From an uncultured Actinomycetes bacterium (GTDB taxonomy: Bacteria > Actinomycetota > Acidimicrobiia > Acidimicrobiales > CADCTF01): DNA of 64,000 nt. The position numbers and the translations under genes are program-made. Location: the NCBI GenBank assembly GCA_963731055.1, contig CAVSUD010000016.1, positions 39,914 through 103,913 on the forward strand. The letters run 5' to 3'. Shown here one piece after another: positions 44,884 through 54,590 of this stretch. The notes beneath the pieces were generated by a model. That model worked only from the letters and a program-made list of their open reading frames with translations, made no database searches and was not told where the DNA came from. Each line of letters opens with the position of its first letter. The first letter of the stretch is position 1.

Positions 44884-47418
44884 ATGAGGGCGCTGCGCAG
44901 CTTCACCGTCCGCACCCGGCTCCCGGAGGCGCTCGCGCCCCTGCACGAGCTGGCCATGAACCTGCGGTGGTCGTGGGACGAGCGCACCCGCGACCTGTTC
45001 CGGTGGGTCGACCCCGACCAGTGGGAGGTCACCGGGCACGACCCGGTCCGCCTGCTCGGCCTCGTCGGCCGCGAGCGCCTCGAGCAGCTGGCCAAGGACC
45101 CCGCCTTCATCTCGTTCCTGGCCGAGGTGCACGACGACCTCCGGCGCTACCTCGGAGCGACCGCGCTGGTTCCAGAGCGGCGGGCGGCGCCCGCTGCGGC
45201 CGTCGCCTACTTCTCGCCCGAGTTCGGCATCGCCGAGGCGCTGCCCCAGTACTCGCGGCGGCCTCGGCGTGCTGGCCGGCGACCACCTCAAGGCGGCCAG
45301 CGGCCTCGGCGTGCCCCTCGTCGGCATCGGCCTGTTCTACCGGCAGGGCTACTTCCGCCAGGAGCTCAACGCCGACGGCTGGCAGCAGGAGCGCTACCCC
45401 GACCTCGACCCCCTCGCCATGGCCCTCACGCTCGTGCCCGACGACGTCCGCGTCACCGTCGACCTCGCCGGCACCCCGCTGCACGCGCAGGTCTGGCGGG
45501 CCGACGTCGGCCGGGTCCGGCTCTACCTGCTCGACACCGACGTCGAGGAGAACGACGCCGACGGCCGGCTCGTCACCGACCGGCTCTACGGCGGCGACAC
45601 CGAGCACCGCATCCGCCAGGAGATCCTCCTCGGCATCGGCGGCGTCCGCGCCCTCGAGGCCGCTCGGCGACGAGACCCAGGTCTTCCACACCAACGAGGG
45701 CCACGCCGGCTTCCTCGGCCTCGAGCGCATCCGCCAGCCTGATCACCGAGCGACGGCCTGTCCTTCGCCGAGGCGATCGAGGCCGTCCGCAGCCGGCACC
45801 GTGTTCACCACCCACACGCCGGTGCCGGCCGGCATCGACCAGTTCCCGCGGGCCCTCATGGAGCGGTACTTCACAGAGCTGGACCGACGGAGTGCGGCGT
45901 CGCGCTTCGACGAGCTCATGGCCCTCGGCCACGTGCCCGGGCGCAGCCGACCGGACGCGCCGTTCAACATGGCGGTCATGGGCCTGCGCCTCGCCGGCCT
46001 GTCCAACGGCGTGTCCAAGCTGCACGGCGACGTCAGCCGCGAGATGTTCCAGCAGCCTGTGGCCCGGCGTGCCGCGCCGACGAGGTGCCGATCGGCGTCG
46101 GTCACCAACGGCGTGCACGCCCACACCTGGGTCGAGCCCGGAGATGGACGACCTGCTCACCCGCTACGTGCTGCCGGCGTGGCCCGAGGCCGACGCCGAC
46201 GACTGGGCCCGCATCGACGACATCCGCGACGACGAGCTGTGGCGGGTCCGCGAGCAGGGCCGCGACCGGCTGGTCGCGCTTCGTCCGCGAGCGGCTGCGC
46301 GACCAGCGCTCGTCAACCGCGGGATGAGCGCCAGCGACGCGTCGTGGGCCGACGAGGCCCTCGACCCCCGCGTCCTCACCATCGGCTTCGCCCGCCGCTT
46401 CGCCACCTACAAGCGGGCCAACCTGCTGCTGTCCCAGCCCGAGCGGCTGAAGGCGCTGCTCCTCGTCGCCGACCGCCCCATCCAGTTCGTGTTCGCCGGC
46501 AAGGCCCACCCGGCCGACGACCAGGGCAAGGAGATGATCCGCCAGATCGTCCAGTTCGCCGCGCGACCCGGAGATCCGCCACCGGTTCGCGTTCGTCGAC
46601 GGACTACGACATCGCCGTCGCCCGCACGCTGTACCAGGGCGGCGACGTGTGGCTGAACAACCCCCGCCGCCCCCTCGAGGCGTGCGGCACCAGCGGCGAG
46701 AAGGCCGCCCTCAACGGCGCGCTCAACTGCTCGATCCTCGACGGCTGGTGGGACGAGATGTTCGACGGCGAGAACGGCTGGGCCATCACGTCGGCCGAGG
46801 CCTACGACGACCTCGAGCGACGCGACGCGGTCGAGGCCGGCAGCCTGTTCGACCTCCTCGAGCGCCAGATCGTGCCGCTGTTCTACGACCGCGTTCGAGG
46901 GCCCGGTCCCCCGCCGCTGGGTGCGCCGGGTCAAGTCGTCGCTGCGCTCGCTCGGCCCGCAGGTCGTGGCCAGCCGCATGGTGCGCGACTACGTCGAGCA
47001 GCTCTACGAGCCCACCGCCGCCCAGGCCGACGCCCTGACCGCCGACGGCCACGACCGGGCCCGGGCGCTGGCCGCGTGGAAGGCCCGGGTGCTCCAAGGC
47101 TGGAGCGGGGTGTCGATCGTCAGCGTCGACACCGGCACGGCGGTCACCGACCTCGGCGCTGCCCGGCGAGTCGATGCCGTCGTCGAGCTCGGCGCGCTAC
47201 GCCCCGACGACGTCGCCGTCGAGCTGCTCCACGGCGCCGTCGGTCCGAACGACGAGATCGTGGCCCCGAACCGGGTGACGATGCACCCCGCCGACGGTCG
47301 CTACTCGGGAGAGTTCGCCTGCGAGATGGCCGGCCGCTACGGCTTCACCGTCCGCGTCGTCCCCGCCCACGCCGACCTCACCACCCCGCTCGAGCTCGGC
47401 GCCATCGCCTGGGGCTAG
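44884..47418 (+). CDS. glgP: alpha-glucan phosphorylase (maltodextrin/glycogen phosphorylase, GlgP type); several frame breaks
   Basis: MRALRSFTVRTRLPEALAPLHELAMNLRWSWDERTRDLFRWVDPDQWE, LAGDHLKAASGLGVPLVGIGLFYRQGYFRQ, TVFTTHTPVPAGID, FARRFATYKRANLL..FVFAGKAHPADDQGKEMI, LNNPRRPLEACGTSGEKAALNGALNCSILDGWWDE. C-terminus TPLELGAIAWG. Confidence 0.9.
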
Positions 47419-47630
47419 AGGACTTCGCGGTCCCGGACGACGGTGCGCTCGGTGCGGCTGAAGCCGCCCCAGCTGTTCCAGAACACGGCCGACATGATGA
47501 GGCCGAGGATGCCGACGACCATCAAGATGATCCCGACCGTGTCGAGGTTGATGCCGGACACGGTCGCATTGAGTGCGAACGTGAGGATCGCGCCGACGGC
47601 GAGAAGAAAGATGCTGACTCCGATGCCCAT
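47415..47630 (-). CDS. small two-TM membrane protein (DUF6458-like)
   Basis: ATG 47630 is preceded by AGGAGG. MGIGVSIFLLAVGAILTFALNATVSGINLDTVGIILMVVGILGLIMSAVFW. The stop overlaps the glgP stop (CTAG). Confidence 0.65.
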   Translation of the reverse strand: MGIGVSIFLLAVGAILTFALNATVSGINLDTVGIILMVVGILGLIMSAVFWNSWGGFSRTERTVVRDREVL

Positions 47631-47724
47631 GTGGTGACCTCCTGGTCCCGGCCCCAATCGGGGCGTCGGTACGACTTCTACGTCCCCGAGGGTATCCCCC
47701 GCGAAACCCCGGTCACCGGGATGG

Positions 47725-48507
47725 TCATCGCCCGGAGAAGGTGGCCTTGCCGGGCCCGTGCTCGAGGAACGAGGCGACGCCCGTCCGGGCGTCCTCGGTC
47801 GCGAAGACGTCGGCGAACAGGTCCTGCTCCCAGGTGAGGCCCTCGGCCAGCGTGCGGGACAGGCCCTCGTCGATGGCGGCCTTGGCCAGTCCCTGGGCCA
47901 CCACGGCCCCCTGGGCCAGCTCCCCCGCCCACGCCAGCGCGGTGTCGAGCACCTCCGCCGCCGGCACGACGCGGTCGGCGAGCCCGATGCGCAGCGCCTC
48001 CTCGGCGCCGACCTGGCGGCCGGTGAGGATCAGGTCCTTGGCGCGGGACGGGCCGACGAGGCGGGCCAGGCGCTGGGTGCCGCCGCCGCCGGGGATGATG
48101 CCGAGGAGGATCTCGGGCTGGCCGAACTTGGCGTTCTCAGCCGCCACGCGGAGGTCGCAGGCCAGGGCGAGCTCGCATCCGCCGCCGAGGGCGTAGCCGT
48201 TGACGGCGGCGATCACCGCGCGCGGGATGGCGGCGACGGCGTCGAGGGCGTCGCGGAAGGCGCCGCCGATCCGGCGGGCCTCCTCCGCGCCCCCGAACTC
48301 GGCGATGTCGGCGCCGGCCGCGAAGATGCGCTCGCCGCCCCAGACGACGACCGCGCCGGGCGGGTCGTTCGTCAGGCCGGCGGCCGCTTCAGCCAGCTGG
48401 GCCAGGAGCGCCGACGACAGCGCGTTCATCTTCGGGCGGTCGAGCCGGAGCACGGCGACGCCGTCGTCCCGGCGGTCGACGGTGACGAAGCGGTCGTCGG
48501 TCATCAC
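47725..48507 (-). CDS. enoyl-CoA hydratase/isomerase (crotonase) family protein
   Basis: Intact 260 aa. VVWGGERIFAAGADI, AAVNGYALGGGCELALACDLRVAAENAKFGQPEILLGIIPGGGGTQRL. Confidence 0.9.
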   Translation of the reverse strand: MMTDDRFVTVDRRDDGVAVLRLDRPKMNALSSALLAQLAEAAAGLTNDPPGAVVVWGGERIFAAGADIAEFGGAEEARRIGGAFRDALDAVAAIPRAVIAAVNGYALGGGCELALACDLRVAAENAKFGQPEILLGIIPGGGGTQRLARLVGPSRAKDLILTGRQVGAEEALRIGLADRVVPAAEVLDTALAWAGELAQGAVVAQGLAKAAIDEGLSRTLAEGLTWEQDLFADVFATEDARTGVASFLEHGPGKATFSGR

Positions 48508-49448
48508 AGCTCCTCGAGGATCTTGTCGGCGGCGGCGTACGGATCGAGCCTGCGCTCGAGCACCTCGTCGTGGAGACCGGCGAAGTCAGGACCGGCGCAC
48601 AGCTCGTCGGCCCGCTGCTCGAGGCGTCGCACGACGATCTCCCGCAGCTCGTCGTCGATGCGCTTGGCCCGCCTCGCGGCCAACTCGCCGGTCGACTCGA
48701 GCAGGGCTCGGTGGGCGCCGATCGCCGCCCAGAGCTCGGCCACGCCGTCACCCGACTGCGCCACCGTCTTCACGATCGCCGGCCGATGCCGCTCCCGGGT
48801 GGCGTAGCCGAGGGCATCCTCGAGGTCCCGCTGGGTGGACTCGGCGCCTTGGCGATCGGCCTTGTTGATGACGAAGACATCCGCCACCTCCAACAGACCG
48901 GCCTTGTTGGCCTGCACCGCATCGCCCCACCCGGGGTTGACCACGACCACGGTCGTATCGGCCGCGCCGGCGATCTCGACCTCGACCTGACCCACCCCCA
49001 CGGTCTCGATGAGCACCCAGGGGAGGCCGGCGGCGTCGAGCACCCGCACGGCCTGCGGGGTGGCCAGCGAGAGGCCGCCGAGGTGGCCGCGGGTCGCCAT
49101 CGAGCGGATGAACACGCCGGCGTCGAGCGCGTGGTCCTGCATGCGGACGCGGTCGCCGAGGATGGCGCCGCCGGTGAAGGGGGACGAGGGATCGATGGCC
49201 AGCACCCCGACCTCGGCCCCAGTCGCGCGGGCGACCTCGATGAGTCGGTTGGTCAGTGTGGACTTGCCCGCACCCGGCGCGCCGGTGATGCCCACGGTGT
49301 AGGCGCCCCCGCCGTGCGGATAGGTCAGCGCGCCGACCTCCCGGGCCAGGGCCCCCCCGCGTTCGATGAGCGACAGCAGCCGGGCGACGGCGGCACGATC
49401 GCCGCCGATCGCCTGGGCGACGAGCTCGTTCGGGTCCCGTGACCTCAC
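48504..49448 (-). CDS. meaB: methylmalonyl-CoA mutase-associated GTPase
   Basis: Intact 314 aa. GITGAPGAGKSTL, LIETVGVGQVE, VINKAD. The stop overlaps the echA start. Confidence 0.9.
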   Translation of the reverse strand: MRSRDPNELVAQAIGGDRAAVARLLSLIERGGALAREVGALTYPHGGGAYTVGITGAPGAGKSTLTNRLIEVARATGAEVGVLAIDPSSPFTGGAILGDRVRMQDHALDAGVFIRSMATRGHLGGLSLATPQAVRVLDAAGLPWVLIETVGVGQVEVEIAGAADTTVVVVNPGWGDAVQANKAGLLEVADVFVINKADRQGAESTQRDLEDALGYATRERHRPAIVKTVAQSGDGVAELWAAIGAHRALLESTGELAARRAKRIDDELREIVVRRLEQRADELCAGPDFAGLHDEVLERRLDPYAAADKILEEL

Positions 49449-49482
49449 GGCCGAGGACCCTAGAGGGTCAGGAGGTCAGGCT

Positions 49483-49614
49483 TACCAGTCGTCGCCCGTC
49501 GCCGTTCCTTCGGTTCGCTTCGCACAACAGCCGCTCCGCTCACGGGCCGGCTGCTCGCTGGCGCTCCCGACGCCGGCGCCGACTCGACGTCTACCAGTCG
49601 TCGCCTGTCGCCGT
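49483..49614. repeat. 23-bp direct repeat (1 mismatch) duplicating the nfu 3' end, flanking an 86-bp segment related to the 78-bp repeat family
   Basis: TACCAGTCGTCGCC[C/T]GTCGCCGT occurs at 49483-49505 and 49592-49614. The inner segment contains GCTCGCTGGCGCTCCCGACGCC, compared with GTCGCTGGCGCTTCCCTCGACGCC in the 13.2-kb unit. Confidence 0.8.
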
Positions 49615-49863
49615 GGAAGGGTCGACGTCGAAGTCGATGCCCTTGGCGCGGACCTCGGTGAGGCCGGGGACGCGGTCGAGGAGGATCCGCTGGATCCCGG
49701 CCTTGAGCGTCATGGAAGACATCGGGCAGCCGCCGCAGGCGCCGAGCAGCTCGATGTCGACCCGACCGGCCTCCTCGTCGAGCTCGATGACGCGCATGTC
49801 GCCCCCGTCGGACTGCAGGGCGGGGCGGATGGCTTCGACGGCTTCGAGCAGGGCGGCTTCCAC
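49591..49863 (-). CDS. NifU C-terminal (Nfu-type) Fe-S cluster scaffold domain protein
   Basis: The likely start is GTG 49863, about 10 nt downstream of GAGGAG (the ORF is open from 49926). LQSDGGDMRVIELDEEAGRVDIELLGACGGCPMSSMTLKAGIQRILLDRVPGL (CxxC). Confidence 0.8.
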   Translation of the reverse strand: MEAALLEAVEAIRPALQSDGGDMRVIELDEEAGRVDIELLGACGGCPMSSMTLKAGIQRILLDRVPGLTEVRAKGIDFDVDPSTATGDDW

Positions 49864-49903
49864 GACAGATGGCTCCTCAGAACGGCCCGGGACGGGTCGG
49901 TGT

Positions 49904-50698
49904 TCATTGTCCCACTGGTGCAACACGCCGGGCGACTCCAGGCTTCCCGGGTTCGGCCGCCAGCACCTCGAACCCGCCGTCGGTCGTGCGTCCGACGACC
50001 TGGAGGACGATGGCGCCGGACAAGGCGGAACCGAGGCCTCGCGACCAGACGTCGGCCACCCACGCGGGCGGCAACGTGGCCCGATCGACGTCGACCTCGG
50101 GCCGGTCCCCGACGGTCACGGCGTCGAGGTCGCCGCGCCATCCGGCCGCCACGAGGATCGGTCGTGCCCGGCTCGCGGTGGCGACGGTCAGGACCGGGGG
50201 AGGCTCGTCCGCGGCGGCCAGGGCGGCGGCGACCGATCCCTGTAGGCGGATCAACAACGCGGGCGGGAGCGTCAGGAGGAGGAGGAAGCCGAGGCGCCGC
50301 TCCGCCACCGCCTCGGCCGGTCCCGCCACTGCGACGAGGCGGTCGATGGCGTGGCCGTGGCCCGCCGCCCTCGCCTCCTCCACCAGCGCGCCGGACGCGG
50401 ATCGCCACCGGCGGAGCTCGGTCCGCAGCTCGTGCACCCCCTCCTCCGGCGTCGTCAGCTCGTCGAGCGGGTGGCGGCCGGCGACGGTGAGGATCCCGCC
50501 GTCACGGTGGGTGCGGTGCCAGGCATCCCACACGTCGAGGCAGGCGCACCGCTCGCCGCCGAGCGCTCCGAGGGCGCGCTCGGCGTCGGGGTCCGGGTGG
50601 GCCGGCAGCTGCAGGTCGCCGTCCTCCCAGCGCAGCCGGTGCCCGTCGGTCGAGGGGGCCGGTGCGTCGACGGCCGGGATCCCCTCCCACCACCTCAC
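49904..50698 (-). CDS. hypothetical protein (264 aa), no recognisable family
   Basis: GTG 50698 overlaps the upstream stop (GTGA). Uninterrupted, with high third-position GC. VRWWEGIPAVDAPAPSTDGHRLRWEDGDLQLPAHPDPDAERALGALGGERCACLDVWDAWHRTH... Confidence 0.5.
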   Translation of the reverse strand: MRWWEGIPAVDAPAPSTDGHRLRWEDGDLQLPAHPDPDAERALGALGGERCACLDVWDAWHRTHRDGGILTVAGRHPLDELTTPEEGVHELRTELRRWRSASGALVEEARAAGHGHAIDRLVAVAGPAEAVAERRLGFLLLLTLPPALLIRLQGSVAAALAAADEPPPVLTVATASRARPILVAAGWRGDLDAVTVGDRPEVDVDRATLPPAWVADVWSRGLGSALSGAIVLQVVGRTTDGGFEVLAAEPGKPGVARRVAPVGQ

Positions 50699-51165
50699 CG
50701 GTGCACCTCCACCTCGAGCACCTCGCCCGCACCGTGGCGCTCGAAGACCAGCACCGACCAGTCCGGCGCCAGCGCCGGTGCGAAGCGCAGGACCTCGGCA
50801 TCGAGCGGGCACGAGGCGAAGCGCCGGCCGTCGGTCGGATCCACCGCCGTCCACCATCCGTCTTCGACCAGCTCCTCCGGCTCGGCGACGACGACGGCCC
50901 GCCAGTGGTCGCTCCAGTGCTCGACGGAGAGGAGCCAGCCGCCGTCGAAGCGGATGGCGATCGGCACGACCTCGAGCAGGGCCGCCGATGCGAGCGCGTC
51001 GTCCGGCGCGCCGATCTCCTCGTCGAAGCGGGCGAGGACGGACGGACCGTCGGCGTCGGCGTCGGCGCCGGCCAGCACCTCCGCCGTCCTGGCCAGCCGC
51101 AGCCGCGCCGCGTTGGCCTCGTCGAGGGACGGATCACGCCGCGCCCGGGCCACCTCCCGCCGCAC
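50695..51165 (-). CDS. hypothetical protein (about 150 aa), no recognisable family
   Basis: Intact ORF. The start overlaps the upstream gene by up to 32 nt. ...LARFDEEIGAPDDALASAALLEVVPIAIRFDGGWLLSVEHWSDHWRAVVVAEPEELVEDGWW... Confidence 0.5.
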   Translation of the reverse strand: MRREVARARRDPSLDEANAARLRLARTAEVLAGADADADGPSVLARFDEEIGAPDDALASAALLEVVPIAIRFDGGWLLSVEHWSDHWRAVVVAEPEELVEDGWWTAVDPTDGRRFASCPLDAEVLRFAPALAPDWSVLVFERHGAGEVLEVEVHR

Positions 51166-51742
51166 CGAGCACGTCGAGATGCCGTTCGACCGTGGCCGGG
51201 ACGACGGTGCCGGGCACCTCCCGCGCCGCCACGCCGCCGGCCAGGTCGACGGTGACGGCCGGACCGGCGCTCACCCGCAGGGCGAGTCGCCGCTCGTCGA
51301 CGCCGGCCGCGCCGACCACGTGGCTGGGCTCGATGGCGCCCCAACGGCTGACGACGCGGGCGACGGCCCGGTTCGACCAGAGCTCGACGCTGGTGACGGC
51401 GGCGTCGTCGAGCCGGGCGGCGACGCCGACGACCCGGCGCAGCTGTGGGCGTCCCCCGCCGACGGCGGCGTCGTACAGCCTCGTGACGTCCAGATCCGGC
51501 ACCGCCGGGGCGAACCACCACGCCCCCCGCACCACGAGGGCGTCGACGACGTCGGCGACGAACGCCATGGCCGCGCCGTGTCGCAGGGCGCCGACGGCTT
51601 CGGCCGACTGCGCCGCCGCCTGCAGCGCGCCGAGCTCCGCCTGCAGGTCGAGCGGCGGGATGGTTGCCACCCGGTCGATCAGCTCCTCCCCGCGCCGGCG
51701 GAGGCGGAGCTCGACGGCCGCGTCGCCGTCGCCGCCGGCCAC
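51134..51742 (-). CDS. hypothetical protein (202 aa), no recognisable family
   Basis: GTG 51742 lies 4 nt after the murA stop, inside ORF 51134-51880. VAGGDGDAAVELRLRRRGEELIDRVATIPPLDLQAELGALQAAAQSAEAVGALRHG... Confidence 0.5.
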   Translation of the reverse strand: MAGGDGDAAVELRLRRRGEELIDRVATIPPLDLQAELGALQAAAQSAEAVGALRHGAAMAFVADVVDALVVRGAWWFAPAVPDLDVTRLYDAAVGGGRPQLRRVVGVAARLDDAAVTSVELWSNRAVARVVSRWGAIEPSHVVGAAGVDERRLALRVSAGPAVTVDLAGGVAAREVPGTVVPATVERHLDVLGAAGGGPGAA

Positions 51743-51746
51743 CGGC

Positions 51747-53000
51747 CTACCGGAGCCGCTCGACGTCTGCACCCAGCGCCCGGAGCTTCCCGACGAAGTC
51801 TTCGTAGCCCCGGTCGATGTGCTCCACGTCCTGGACCTCGGTCTCCCCCTCGGCGACCAGCCCGGCGAGCACGACGGCAACGCCGGCGCGGACGTCGTGG
51901 GCCTTCACCTTCGCCCCGGAGAGGCCGGTCACGCCGCGGATGACGGCGTGGTGGCCCTCGGTGCGGATGTCGGCACCCATGCGATTGAGCTCGGCCACAT
52001 AGGCGAAGCGGTTGTCGTGAAAGATGTTCTCGGTGACGATGCCGACGCCGTCGGCCACGGCGAGCATGGCCACCAGCATCGGCTTGTAGTCGGTGGCGAT
52101 GCCCGGATACGGGAGCGTGGCGACGTCGGTCGTCCGGAGGCGACCGTGACCCGAGGCCCAGAGCCCGGTGCTGGAGGGCGACACCCGGACCCCCATGTCC
52201 GCCATCTTCTGGATGACCATGTCCATGTGCTCGGGGCGAGCGCCTTCGATCGTGATCTCGCCGCCCGCGATCCCCACCGCCGCCACCCACGTCGCCGCCT
52301 CGATGCGATCGGGGATCACGGTGTGCTCGACGGCCCGCAGCTCGTCGACGCCCTCGACCTCGATGGTGGAGGTACCGGCGCCGGTCACCCGAGCGCCCAT
52401 GCGGTTGAGCATGGCGGCGAGGTCGGCCACCTCCGGCTCGCGTGCGGCGTTCTCGATGACCGTGGCGCCCTTGGCGAGGACGGCCGCCATCAGCAGGTTG
52501 TCGGTCGCGGTGTGGCTCGGGAACTCGAGCACGATCCTCGCCCCGAGGAGGCGCTCGCAGCGGGCCTCGATGTCGCCGTGCACGACGTCGAACTCCGCGC
52601 CCATGGCCTCGAGGCCCTTCAAGTGCATGTCGATGGGACGGGTGCCGAAGTTGTCGCCCCCGGGCATCGACACCTTCGCTCGTCCGAAGCGGGCCAGGAG
52701 CGGGCCGAGGACCACGATCGACGCCCGCATCCGTTCGACCAGCTCGTAGGGCGCCTCGGGCACGAGATCGGACGACCGGTGCACGTGCAGGTCGGTGCCC
52801 TCCCGTCGCGTGTCCACGCCCATCGACACGAGCAGGTCGCACATGATCTCGACGTCGACGATCCGCGGCACGTTGTGGAGCAGGAAGTCGCCCTCCGCGA
52901 GCACCGTGGCGGCCATCAGCTTGAGCACGGAGTTCTTCGCGCCGCTGACCCGGACCGAGCCCGACAGCGGTCCGGAGCGTCGCACCACGAAGCGATCCAC
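51747..53000 (-). CDS. murA: UDP-N-acetylglucosamine 1-carboxyvinyltransferase
   Basis: Intact 417 aa from GTG 53000. VRVSGAKNSVLKLMAATVLAEG, KVSMPGGDNFGTRPIDMHL (Asp at the fosfomycin-target position), HMDMVIQKMADMG, DNRFAYVAELNRMGADIR. Confidence 0.93.
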   Translation of the reverse strand: MDRFVVRRSGPLSGSVRVSGAKNSVLKLMAATVLAEGDFLLHNVPRIVDVEIMCDLLVSMGVDTRREGTDLHVHRSSDLVPEAPYELVERMRASIVVLGPLLARFGRAKVSMPGGDNFGTRPIDMHLKGLEAMGAEFDVVHGDIEARCERLLGARIVLEFPSHTATDNLLMAAVLAKGATVIENAAREPEVADLAAMLNRMGARVTGAGTSTIEVEGVDELRAVEHTVIPDRIEAATWVAAVGIAGGEITIEGARPEHMDMVIQKMADMGVRVSPSSTGLWASGHGRLRTTDVATLPYPGIATDYKPMLVAMLAVADGVGIVTENIFHDNRFAYVAELNRMGADIRTEGHHAVIRGVTGLSGAKVKAHDVRAGVAVVLAGLVAEGETEVQDVEHIDRGYEDFVGKLRALGADVERLR

Positions 53001-53076
53001 CCCCGCAGTATGGCGGCCGCCGCGATGCCCGGGTGGGTCCCGGGCCGACCCTAAGCTGCCCGCCTTGCCGAGGCTC

Positions 53077-54590
53077 GTGAAGACCGCCCACGTGCCGCGG
53101 ACACGCCTCGAGGAGCTGCGGACGCCGCGCGGCGGCCTCGTCGTCGAGGAGCTCGCGGACGACGGGTCGTTCGGGGCGGTCAACGGCCCGGTCGCGGACT
53201 ACCGACGGACCCTGGAGGTCGCCGACCCGGACCCCACCGCGGACGAGGTGGAGGTGACCCAGACGGTCTCGTACCGCCTCGTGTTCCCGTTCATCGGCTG
53301 GATGCTGGCCCGCCCGTACCGCCGGGTGCTGGGCGGTCTGGGCTCGCCGACGCGCCACCCGTGGTGGGCCCCGCCCGAGCCCATCGACCCGCGGCGCGGC
53401 GGCGATGCTCGGCGCGCTGTGCGCCCTGGCCGCCGTCGCCGCCTATCCCGGTGTGCTGATCGGCCAGACCATCGAGTTCGCCCGCGAGGAGCTCGGCTTC
53501 TCCGCCTCGTCGCAGAGCTTCGCCTTGGCCGCGGTGCGGGCCGACTTCATCGTCGCCCTCCTCGTCGTGGCCGCCGCCGACCGGCGCGGGCGGCGCATCG
53601 TGACCCTCGGGGCCATCGCCGCCGGATGCCTCCTCAACGCGCTCGAGTGCCCTCGCTCCCGGACTCGAGTTCCTCGTCGCCACCCAGGTGATCGGGCGTG
53701 GGTTCCTCACCGGGGCCGCGCTCCTGATCGGCATCCTGGCCGCCGAGGAGATGCCCGCCGGCTGCCGCGCCTACGCCGTCAGCCTCCTCACGGTCGTCGG
53801 CGCCCTCGGTGCCGGCGCTGCGCTGCTCGTCCTGCCCCTGGCCGATGTCGGTGACGGACGCGGCTGGCGGCTCCTCTTCGCCCTCGCCATCCTCGGCCTG
53901 CCCCTCGTTTTCCTGTTCGGTCGCCACCTGCCCGAGAGCCGCCGCTTCCGGTCGCCGCACCGCGACGTGCGGATGACCGGGCACGGCCGACGCCTGTGGC
54001 TGCTCGGCATCAGCGCCCTGCTGTTCGGCCTCTTCCTGGCGCCGGCGTCGCAGTACCAGACCGTCTTCCTCCGGCGCGAACGCGGCTTCTCCGCCGCCCG
54101 CATCAGCCTCTTCGCCATCGGGACGAACGTCTGGGGCGGCATCGGCATCGTGGCGGGCGGGCGGTTGGCCGACGTCCGAGGCCGCCGGGTCGTGGCGGCG
54201 GTGGGGATCGTCGGGGGCGTCGGCGCCACCGTGCTCATGTTCTTCTCCGCCGGGTGGACCATCTGGGCCTGGTCGGTGATCGGCTCGATCGTCGGCGCGG
54301 TCACCGTGCCCGCCCTGGGCGTCTACGGGCCGGAGCTGTTCCCCACGTCGCTGCGGGGACGGGCCAACGGCATCATCAGCGGCCTCGGGCGCATCGGCAG
54401 CGTGCTCGGCCTCGTCGTCATCGGGCTCCTCGTCCACGACGGCGAACCGATCGCGCCCGTCATCGCCCTCCTGGCCATCGGCCCGGCATTGCTCGCCGTG
54501 CTCGTCCTCGTCGCCTATCCCGAGACCGCCCACCGGGAGCTCGAGGACCTCAACCCGGAGGACGCGGCACCACTACCCTCCACTTCCTGA
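53077..54590 (+). CDS. MFS transporter with a possible ~110-aa N-terminal extension; frame breaks near 53395 and 53645 (core could alternatively start at ATG 53405)
   Basis: VKTAHVPRTRLEELRTPRGG...VSYRLVFPFIGWMLARPYRRVLG (ORF 52795-53691 frame). MLGALCALAAVAAYPGVLIG...AAADRRGRRIVTLG (MFS motif A, ORF 53405-53854). The C-terminal 300 aa are intact (ORF 53688-54590). Confidence 0.7.

Noticed and set aside
49869-53054. A 1061-aa plus-strand ORF. Similar giant ORFs: 44850-47837 (995 aa), 34943-37852 (969 aa), 23456-25879 (807 aa).
   Set aside because: Their products are Ser/Arg/Pro/Thr/Ala-rich with no motifs. They run antisense to, or out of frame with, clearly recognisable genes (murA, glgP, GH57/glgB, iscS/mnmA). 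Long stop-free alternative frames are expected at about 70% GC.
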